The position numbers were made by a program, and so were the translations under genes. This document shows, one piece after another, positions 49,001-56,270 of a DNA stretch of 56,270 nt; the first letter of the stretch is position 1; each line of letters starts with the position of its first letter. The DNA is from Gemmatimonadota bacterium (GTDB lineage: Bacteria > Gemmatimonadota > Gemmatimonadetes > Gemmatimonadales > GWC2-71-9): positions 1 through 56,270 of the forward strand of contig JBDHDE010000013.1 in assembly GCA_039591655.1 (NCBI GenBank). The letters run 5' to 3'. Under the pieces are notes generated by a model. It was not told where the DNA came from. It saw nothing but the letters and a program-made list of their open reading frames with translations, and made no database searches.

Positions 49001-49765
49001 ATGGAGCTCACGGTCCTGGGAAGCGGCACTGTCGCCCCCACGGCCGACCGCACGGCCGCGGCCCACTGGGTCGACGCCGGCGAGGTGCGACTCCTGCTCG
49101 ACTGTGGGGCGGGCATGCTGCACCGGGCGAGTCGCTTCGGCGTGCCGTGGGCGGCGGTGACCCACGTGGCCGTGACCCACTTCCATCAGGACCACTGGGG
49201 CGAGCTCCCCATGCTGCTGTTCGCGCTCAAGTGGGGCATCGAGCCGCCGCGCAGCGCACCGCTCACGGTGATCGGTCCGCGAGGCATGCGCTCGCGACTG
49301 ACCTTGCTGGCCGGAGCCTACGGTGACTGGGTGCTGGAGCCGGGCTTTCCGCTGGAGACCGTGGAGGTCGCTCCCGGCGAGTCCCGGGAGCTCTCGCCCG
49401 GCGTGACGCTGGAGGCATGGGACACGCCGCACACCGACGAGAGCCTGGCCTACGCCGTCCGGACCGGAACACACCGGCTGGTGTACACCGGGGATACCGG
49501 CCCCAGCGAGGAGCTGGCGCAGTGGGCCAAGGGGTGTGACCTGCTGCTGTCCGAGTGCTCCCTACCCGACGAGCGCGCCCTGGAGCTACATTTGACTCCC
49601 ACGCAGGCGGGGGCGCTGGCGAAGGACGCCGGAGCCCACCGCCTTGTTTTGACGCACTTCTACCCGGTGTTCGGTGACACAGACCCGGTGGCCGTCGCTG
49701 CCCGGCAATTCGACGGGGAGATCCACGCCGCCGCCGACGGAGACCGCTTCACCGTAGGAACGTAG
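49001..49765 (+). CDS. MBL-fold metallo-hydrolase (RNase Z-like)
   Basis: [32 protein letters not shown]. Confidence 0.88.
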   Translation: MELTVLGSGTVAPTADRTAAAHWVDAGEVRLLLDCGAGMLHRASRFGVPWAAVTHVAVTHFHQDHWGELPMLLFALKWGIEPPRSAPLTVIGPRGMRSRLTLLAGAYGDWVLEPGFPLETVEVAPGESRELSPGVTLEAWDTPHTDESLAYAVRTGTHRLVYTGDTGPSEELAQWAKGCDLLLSECSLPDERALELHLTPTQAGALAKDAGAHRLVLTHFYPVFGDTDPVAVAARQFDGEIHAAADGDRFTVGT

Positions 49766-49770
49766 CGGAC

Positions 49771-50814
49771 ATGCTGGTCGTAATGACGCACGGCGCCAGT
49801 GCCGCCGAGGTACAGCGCGTCGTCGAGATGATCGAGGAGCTGGGCTACGAGGCTCGTCCCATGCCGGGCCGGCAGCGCACCGCCGTCGGGCTGGTGGGCA
49901 ACGACGGCCGCGTCGATGCCTCGCGCCTCGCGGCCCTGCCCGGCGTCAAAGAGATCATCCACGTCACCCAGCCCTACAAGCAGGTCTCCCGGGAGTGGAA
50001 AGAGGAATCCACCGTGGTGCGGCTGGCCGAAGGCCTCACCATTGGCGGCGGCGAGGTGGTGGTCATCGCCGGCCCCTGCTCGGTGGAGTCCGAGGAGCAG
50101 ATCCTCGAGGCCGCCCACCGCGTGCGGGCCGCCGGCGCCGCCATGCTCCGGGGTGGGGCCTTCAAGCCGCGCACCTCGCCCTACTCGTTCCAGGGTCTGG
50201 GGCTGGACGGCCTCAAGCTCTTGGCCAAGGCGCGACAGGAAACGGGACTCCTGGTGGTCACCGAAGCGCTGGACACCGAGAGCGTCGACCTGGTGGCCGA
50301 GTACGCCGACGTCGTCCAGATCGGCGCCCGCAACATGCAGAACTTCTCCCTGCTCAAGCGCGCCGGCCGCTCGGGGAAGCCGGTCCTGCTCAAGCGCGGC
50401 ATCGCGGCGACGATCACCGAGCTGTTGCTCTCGGCGGAGTATCTCCTGGCCGAGGGCAATCACGACGTGATCCTGTGCGAGCGCGGCATCCGCGGGTTCG
50501 ACGGCGCCACGCGCAACGTGTTCGACCTCGCCGCCGTGCCGGTGGTGCACGGGTTGTCGCACCTGCCCATTATCGCGGACCCGAGTCACGGCATCGGGCT
50601 GAGGGACAAGGTCATTCCCATGGCCCGGGCGGCCGTCGCGGCGGGCGCCGACGGGGTCATGGTGGAGGTGCACCCCGCCCCCGACAAGGCCCTTTCCGAC
50701 GGGGCCCAGAGCCTCTACCCGGAGCAGTTCACCCAGCTCATGCACGAGATCCACGTGATCGCGGAAGCCATCGGGCGGGGGGTGGTCGAGCCGCTCTCGG
50801 CAACGAGGGTGTAG
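49771..50814 (+). CDS. aroF: DAHP synthase type I-beta with an N-terminal regulatory domain
   Basis: [50 protein letters not shown]. Confidence 0.95.
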   Translation: MLVVMTHGASAAEVQRVVEMIEELGYEARPMPGRQRTAVGLVGNDGRVDASRLAALPGVKEIIHVTQPYKQVSREWKEESTVVRLAEGLTIGGGEVVVIAGPCSVESEEQILEAAHRVRAAGAAMLRGGAFKPRTSPYSFQGLGLDGLKLLAKARQETGLLVVTEALDTESVDLVAEYADVVQIGARNMQNFSLLKRAGRSGKPVLLKRGIAATITELLLSAEYLLAEGNHDVILCERGIRGFDGATRNVFDLAAVPVVHGLSHLPIIADPSHGIGLRDKVIPMARAAVAAGADGVMVEVHPAPDKALSDGAQSLYPEQFTQLMHEIHVIAEAIGRGVVEPLSATRV

Positions 50815-50817
50815 GCA

Positions 50818-51558
50818 GTGGACACCACCAACGCCCGGCCGCAGCACCCCGCGGCTTCCTTGTCATCACCCGACGCAGCCGTGCGGCGAGTGCGCGGACG
50901 GTATCTCGTGCTCAGGAGCGTCGTGGGTGCCCTACTCCTGCCCTGCAGCGCCGGACCTCTCGCAGCACAGGACGTCGAAGCCGCCCTAGCGCGCGCCGAG
51001 CAGGCCTACCACCGGCTCACCACGCTGACGGCGAACTTCACCCAGACCCTGGTGAACCCCATGCTGGGCGAGCCGGAGGAGACCCGCGGGCGGCTGTTCC
51101 TCACCCCGCCCGACCGGTTCGCCATGCGGTGGACCGATCCCTCTGGCGAGCGGATCGTCGCCGATGGGGAGTGGCTGTGGGCCTACGCCCCCAGCAGCGT
51201 CCCGGACCAGGTCATCCGGCAAGCCGTTCCTCAGTCGGGCCCCTCCTCGCCCCAGCTCTTCGGCCAGTTCGTAGATCGCCCGCTGGAGCGCTACACGGCG
51301 CAGCACGTGGGAGAGGAGACCACCGACGGCGTTGCCGTCGACATAGTGCTGCTCACGCCGCGGCACGCCGATATGCCGTTCCGGCGGGCGGTGATCGCCG
51401 TGGCTCGGAGCGACGGGCTGCTGCGGCGCATCAGCGTGACTGAGGAGTCAGGCCAGCGACGCGTGCTGGTGTTCAGCGGGATCCGGACGAACGTGCCGAT
51501 TCCCGAGGCGGAGTTGCGCTTTGACGTGCCGCGTGGGACGCGGATCGTGACGCCGTAG
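50818..51558 (+). CDS. lolA: Outer-membrane lipoprotein carrier LolA family (start uncertain)
   Basis: TLTANFTQ..G..PDRFAMRW..IVADGEWLWAY..N..F..P.G. Confidence 0.82.
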   Translation: MDTTNARPQHPAASLSSPDAAVRRVRGRYLVLRSVVGALLLPCSAGPLAAQDVEAALARAEQAYHRLTTLTANFTQTLVNPMLGEPEETRGRLFLTPPDRFAMRWTDPSGERIVADGEWLWAYAPSSVPDQVIRQAVPQSGPSSPQLFGQFVDRPLERYTAQHVGEETTDGVAVDIVLLTPRHADMPFRRAVIAVARSDGLLRRISVTEESGQRRVLVFSGIRTNVPIPEAELRFDVPRGTRIVTP

Positions 51559-51882
51559 GCCCAGATCATACGCCACTCTTACTAGGCTGCTGGCCCCTAC
51601 CATTCCGAGAGACGCACGAGTACTATTTTCGACTATAGTTGTCGGTATGCCGAGCTGTTCGTCCGGCTAAGTCGAAGCATGAGGACACGCCGGCGGGACG
51701 AGGTTCCGGAGTGGCAAGCGGAGCTAAGGACGCCCTAGCGTGAGGCCGACACAGGCGGTGATTACAGCGACAGGGTGGACGTGAGCGGGTGGCCGCACAA
51801 CGCGCCAATTCCCTGACCTCAGAGCCTCAGGCACCCAGCGACCGGAATTGTAGTCTCACCGAAATCCAACAAGGAGTCCCCT

Positions 51883-53808
51883 ATGTCGGCTCGCAGAGCC
51901 TTCGCTCTCGTCACCATACTGTGCGCAGCAGCAGCGTCGCCCGCCCTCGCCCAGGACCCGGTCCCTTCACCGGAGGCACTCGAGGGCGCTTTCCCAGCGC
52001 AGAAGCACTTCTCCCCCTATGCCGGCCGCAACTTCCCGACCCAGGTGTACTGGGGCGACACCCACCTGCACACGGGCCTGTCCATGGACGCGGGAGCCTT
52101 CGGAGCCCGGCTCACGCCGGAGGACGCCTACCGCTTCGCCCGCGGTGAGGAGCTCACGTCGTCCACCGGCCTGCAGGTGAAGCTGGGCCGGCCGCTGGAC
52201 TTCCTCGTCGTGGCGGACCACTCCGACAACATGGGGTTCTTCCCGCGGCTGTTCGCCGGCGACCCCGAGATGCTTGCCGATCCCACCGGCAGGCGGTGGT
52301 ACGACATGGTGCAGGCCGGCGGCCAGCAGGGAGTGGCGGCGGCCATCGAGGTCATCGTCGCGTTCTCGCAGAATCAGTTCCCCGAGGCACTGGCGTCGTT
52401 GCCGGGGACACCTGCGTACCGCGCTGCGTGGGAAGAGATGATCGACGCGGCGGAGGATTACAACGATCCCGGTGAGTTCACCGCCTTCATCGGCTACGAG
52501 TGGACCTCCAACACCGGCGGCAACAACCTGCACCGCGTCGTGATCTTCCGTGACGACGGCACCAAGGCCAGCGCCGTGGAGCCGTTAACCACGTTGGCGC
52601 CGCTGGGGAGCGACAACCCGCGCGATCTGTGGCGCTGGATGGAGGCGTACGAGGAGAAGACGGGCGGCCGGATCCTCGCGCTGGCCCACAACGGCAACCT
52701 GAGCAACGGCATCATGTTCCCCATGCTGGACACGTTCACCGGCATGGCGTTCGACCGTGAATATGCCGAGACCCGCGCCAGGTGGGAGCCGCTGTACGAG
52801 GCCACCCAGATCAAGGGTGACGGCGAGACACACCCCTATCTGTCCCCCACCGACGAGTTCGCCGACTACGAGACGTGGGACCAGGGCAACCTGGACCTCA
52901 GCGTTCCAAAGCAAGATGAAATGCTGCAGTACGAGTACGCCCGGACGGGACTCCAGATCGGGCTGCAGCTCGAGCGGGAACTGGGCGTCAATCCGTACAA
53001 GTTCGGCATGGTCGGCTCGACTGACAGCCACACCGGTCTCGCCACCGCCGAGGAGGAGAACTTCTTCGGCAAACACTCCGGCACCGAGCCCAGCCCGGAG
53101 CGCTATAAGCACCCCATGGGGGAGACCCCGAACGGCCGGTACGAAAGCTGGGACATGGTCGGCTCGGGCTACGCCGCCGTGTGGGCCACGGAGAACACGC
53201 GCGAGGCGATCTTCGACGCGATGATGCGCAGAGAGACCTATGCCACCACCGGTCCGCGCATGCTGGTGCGGTTTTTCGGCGGCTGGGAGTTCACGGCGGC
53301 GGACGCCCGGAGCCGGCTGCCGGGTGCACTCGGCTACACCAAGGGTGTGCCCATGGGCGGCGATCTGCCCCCCAGGCACTCAGGCGGGTCCCCCACCTTC
53401 CTGGTGGCCGCGCTCAAGGATCCGTTCTCGGGCAACCTGGACCGCATCCAGATCGTGAAGGGCTGGGTGGATGGCCGGGGCGAGCGCCACGAGCAGGTCT
53501 ACGACGTGAAGTGGTCAGGCGACCGCCAAATCGGGCGTGACGGCAAGCTGCCGCCGGTGGGCAACACGGTGGACGTCGCGAACGCGACGTGGACCAACAC
53601 CATCGGTGCACCGGAGTTGATCACTGTGTGGACCGACCCGGACTTTGACGCGTCGCAGCCAGCCGTGTACTACGCGCGGGTGATCGAGATCCCCACGCCG
53701 CGCTGGACGGCGTACGAGGCCATGCGGTTCGGCATCACGCTGCCTGACGAGGTCCCGATGATCACGCAGGAGCGGGCATACACGAGCCCGATCTGGTATA
53801 CGCCATAG
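51883..53808 (+). CDS. DUF3604 family secreted PHP-like metalloprotein, copy 1
   Basis: AAGGAG RBS, signal peptide, WGDTHLHT, ADHSD, NNLHR, AHNGN, QIKG, STDSHT, ERAYTSPIWY. Confidence 0.88.
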   Translation: MSARRAFALVTILCAAAASPALAQDPVPSPEALEGAFPAQKHFSPYAGRNFPTQVYWGDTHLHTGLSMDAGAFGARLTPEDAYRFARGEELTSSTGLQVKLGRPLDFLVVADHSDNMGFFPRLFAGDPEMLADPTGRRWYDMVQAGGQQGVAAAIEVIVAFSQNQFPEALASLPGTPAYRAAWEEMIDAAEDYNDPGEFTAFIGYEWTSNTGGNNLHRVVIFRDDGTKASAVEPLTTLAPLGSDNPRDLWRWMEAYEEKTGGRILALAHNGNLSNGIMFPMLDTFTGMAFDREYAETRARWEPLYEATQIKGDGETHPYLSPTDEFADYETWDQGNLDLSVPKQDEMLQYEYARTGLQIGLQLERELGVNPYKFGMVGSTDSHTGLATAEEENFFGKHSGTEPSPERYKHPMGETPNGRYESWDMVGSGYAAVWATENTREAIFDAMMRRETYATTGPRMLVRFFGGWEFTAADARSRLPGALGYTKGVPMGGDLPPRHSGGSPTFLVAALKDPFSGNLDRIQIVKGWVDGRGERHEQVYDVKWSGDRQIGRDGKLPPVGNTVDVANATWTNTIGAPELITVWTDPDFDASQPAVYYARVIEIPTPRWTAYEAMRFGITLPDEVPMITQERAYTSPIWYTP

Positions 53809-53898
53809 GACAACGGACGCAATGATCGACGCGCCCCGCCGCTCTACCATGGCCGGCGGTGGGTGCCACTTGTGACAACGATAGGGAGAACACAGACC

Positions 53899-55815
53899 AT
53901 GCAACGCCTTCCACGGATCGCGATGTTTGTTGCCGCCCTGACCGTCGGCGTCGGCGGTACGGTAGCGGCCCAGGACGTGTCGGGTGCGGCGGAGAACGCC
54001 GAGCGCGCCTTCGGCGGCAAGAACTACTCACCGTATGCGAGCCGCGGGTACCCGACCCAGGTGTTCTGGGGCGACACCCATCTTCACACCGCGATCTCGA
54101 CGGACGCCGGGATGTTCGGCAACCGACTCGGCCTCGACGAGGCGTACCGCTTCGCCCGGGGTGATGAGGTGGTGTCCGCGACGGGACAGCGGGTGAAGCT
54201 CTCCCGGCCGCTCGACTTCCTGGTCATCGCCGACCACTCCGACGGCTACGGCATGTTTACAATGCTCCTCGAAGGCCACCCGAACCTGATGGCCGACGAG
54301 ACGGCACGGCGCTGGCACCGCATGATCAATGAGGGCGGCCAGGAGGCCGTGAACGCCACCCTCGAGGTCATCGACCTCTTCTCGAAGGGGACCATACCCT
54401 TCGACCTCAACGACCCGGCGCTTCGCGGCCCGGTCTGGGAGGACGTGATCGACGCCGCTGAAAGCTACAACGATCCGGGTATGTTCACCGCCTTCATCGG
54501 CTACGAGTGGACCTCGCTGGTCCCGCCCGGCAACAACCTGCACCGCGTCGTGGTGTACCGCGATGGCGGCGACAAGGCCCGACGGACCCTCCCGTTCACC
54601 GCTGAGGAGAGCGTCGACCCCGAGGACCTCTGGACGGCGATGGCGGCCTACGAGGAGAAGACCGGCGGCAGGCTCCTCGCCATTCCCCACAACGGAAACC
54701 TGTCGAACGGGATGATGTTCGCCGTGACCGACTTCGACGGCAACCGGCTGACCCGCGCCTACGCCGAGGAACGGGAGAAGTGGGAACCGGTGTACGAAGT
54801 TACGCAGATCAAGGGAGACGGTGAGGCCCACCCGCTGCTGTCGCCCAACGACGAGTTTGCCGACTACGGGACCTGGGACCTGGGAAACCTCAATCTGAGC
54901 CAGCCGAAGACCGACGACATGCTGCAGTACGAGTACGGGCGCTCGGCGCTCAAGCTCGGCCTGAGCCTGGAGCAGCGTCTGGGCATCAACCCCTTCAAGT
55001 TCGGTCTGATCGGATCCACCGACTCGCACACATCGCTCGCTACCGCAGCGGAGGAGAACTTCTTCGGCAAGCACTCCGGTACCGAGCCCGGACCCGAGCG
55101 GTTCTCTCACCCCGCGATCGCGGCACCCGATGGGAGCGCCGCCTTCATGGGTTGGGAGCAGGTCTCCTCGGGCTACGCCGCCGTATGGGCCACCGAGAAC
55201 ACGCGCGAGGCAATCTGGGACGCAATGAAGCGCAGAGAGGTGTATGCCACCACGGGCTCGCGCATGATGGTGCGGTTCTTCGGCGGCTGGGACTTCGTGC
55301 CGCAGGACGCCCGGACCCGGGTTCCGGCCACCGTCGGGTATGGGAAGGGCGTCCCCATGGGCGGCGATCTTCGACAGGCGCCTTCCGGCAATGCCCCGAC
55401 GTTCCTGGTGGCGGCTCTGAAGGACCACTTCGGAGCCAACCTCGACCGCATCCAGATCATCAAGGGCTGGCTGGACGCCGGTGGCGACCTGCAGGAGAGG
55501 GTCTACGACGTAGCGGTATCCGACGGCCGCAGCATCGGATCCGACGGCCGCTGTCGTACTTCGGTGGGCAACACGGTTGACTTGGCCACCGCAACTTGGA
55601 CCAACACCATCGGCGATCCTGAGTTGATCACTGTGTGGACCGATCCAGACTTCGATCCGTCGGAGCGAGCATTCTACTACGCGCGCGTGATCGAGATCCC
55701 CACGCCTCGCTGGACCCTGTACGACGCCGTTCGCTTTGGGATCGAGATGCCCGACGAGGTCCCGATGACCACCCAGGAGCGGGCCTACACATCGCCAATC
55801 TGGTATACTCCGTAG
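53899..55815 (+). CDS. DUF3604 family secreted PHP-like metalloprotein, copy 2
   Basis: ATG 53899 with GGAG RBS; same motif set as copy 1. Confidence 0.88.
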   Translation: MQRLPRIAMFVAALTVGVGGTVAAQDVSGAAENAERAFGGKNYSPYASRGYPTQVFWGDTHLHTAISTDAGMFGNRLGLDEAYRFARGDEVVSATGQRVKLSRPLDFLVIADHSDGYGMFTMLLEGHPNLMADETARRWHRMINEGGQEAVNATLEVIDLFSKGTIPFDLNDPALRGPVWEDVIDAAESYNDPGMFTAFIGYEWTSLVPPGNNLHRVVVYRDGGDKARRTLPFTAEESVDPEDLWTAMAAYEEKTGGRLLAIPHNGNLSNGMMFAVTDFDGNRLTRAYAEEREKWEPVYEVTQIKGDGEAHPLLSPNDEFADYGTWDLGNLNLSQPKTDDMLQYEYGRSALKLGLSLEQRLGINPFKFGLIGSTDSHTSLATAAEENFFGKHSGTEPGPERFSHPAIAAPDGSAAFMGWEQVSSGYAAVWATENTREAIWDAMKRREVYATTGSRMMVRFFGGWDFVPQDARTRVPATVGYGKGVPMGGDLRQAPSGNAPTFLVAALKDHFGANLDRIQIIKGWLDAGGDLQERVYDVAVSDGRSIGSDGRCRTSVGNTVDLATATWTNTIGDPELITVWTDPDFDPSERAFYYARVIEIPTPRWTLYDAVRFGIEMPDEVPMTTQERAYTSPIWYTP

Positions 55816-55841
55816 GCCGGAGACGGCAGAAGCAATTCGAC

Positions 55842-55873
55842 CACGCCGCCGGCCCTAGCGGGTCGGCGGCGTG
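55842..55873 (+). terminator. Strong intergenic hairpin (terminator or mRNA stabiliser)
   Basis: CACGCCGCCGGCCC-TAGC-GGGTCGGCGGCGTG; no U-tract. Confidence 0.5.
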
Positions 55874-55898
55874 ATCCACATGTGAGCCTGTGAGACCG

Positions 55899-56270
55899 AT
55901 GCGCAAGACCATCACGACATGGCTCCGCGAGCCGCTGGTGCAGTTCAACGCGCTGGGCGTCGCTCTGTTCGTCCTCTACGGACTCCTCGGGGGCGGAGCT
56001 CCCGACGACGGCGCTGACAAGCGCATCGACGTGACGCAGGCCGAGATCAACTGGCTGCGCGAGCGATGGACGCGGCAGTGGCAGCGTCCCCCCACCGAGA
56101 CCGAGCTGCGTGGCCTGGTCGAGGACTACGTGCGCGAAGAGGTGCTGTACCGCGAAGCCCTCACCATGGGCCTCGACCGCGACGACGGGGTCGTGCGGCG
56201 CCGCATGGTGCAGAAGCTCGAGCTCCTCACGGAGGCCGTGCTGGCGCCACCCACCGAGGAGCAGCTGCGG
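55899..56270 (+). CDS. PpiC-type peptidyl-prolyl isomerase, runs off the window end
   Basis: Own translation: MRKTITTWLREPLVQF..RPPTETELRGLVEDYVREEVLYREALTMGLDRDDGVVRRRMVQKLE. This N-terminus is typical of the PPIase found after DUF3604 genes. Confidence 0.8.
   Translation, partial: MRKTITTWLREPLVQFNALGVALFVLYGLLGGGAPDDGADKRIDVTQAEINWLRERWTRQWQRPPTETELRGLVEDYVREEVLYREALTMGLDRDDGVVRRRMVQKLELLTEAVLAPPTEEQLR

Noticed and set aside
51559..51882. Sigma54 promoter or ncRNA upstream of the first DUF3604 gene
   Set aside because: No convincing TGGCAC-N5-TTGC match. The short palindrome CGAC-TATAGTT-GTCG alone does not support a call.
53851..53877. TGTCACA-N15-CGGCC on the minus strand
   Set aside because: Poor -10 match, and it points antisense into a DUF3604 gene.
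51883..55815. Diversity-generating retroelement TR/VR pair
   Set aside because: Both copies are full coding paralogs, differences are not adenine-specific, and there is no reverse transcriptase.

Overview
GC-rich bacterial window; gene content and order suggest Gemmatimonadota (inference). It has four parts. (1) 1-1304: end of a PilX-like gene, a lone receiver-domain protein and tRNA-Gln(TTG). (2) ~1305-30590: a ~29 kb accessory stretch between tRNA-Gln and prs, two genes that are often adjacent. It holds a GbsR/MarR regulator pair, an ~11 kb ECF sigma / zinc-finger anti-sigma / secreted TPR-CHAT module with paralogous repeat lipoproteins, small envelope genes with a truncated porin paralog, and four tandem multi-GAF-PAS histidine kinases followed by a DivK-like regulator and a HisKA-REC-HAMP-Ser/Thr kinase. 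(3) 30600-51558: core genes (prs, rplY, pth, hppA, ychF, rpsF, rpsR, DUF2232, rplI, DAK2-DegV, rsfS, two SPOR proteins, smc, S8 peptidase, MBL hydrolase, aroF, lolA). (4) 51883-end: two DUF3604 genes and a PpiC-type PPIase. The best candidate for an undescribed system is the sigma/anti-sigma/CHAT module. Its three predicted transcription units each start with the exact motif GGTGTCACG-N15-CGACA and each end with a related hairpin. The CHAT domain has Leu where the catalytic His is expected. All calls come from reading the sequence; no searches were run.
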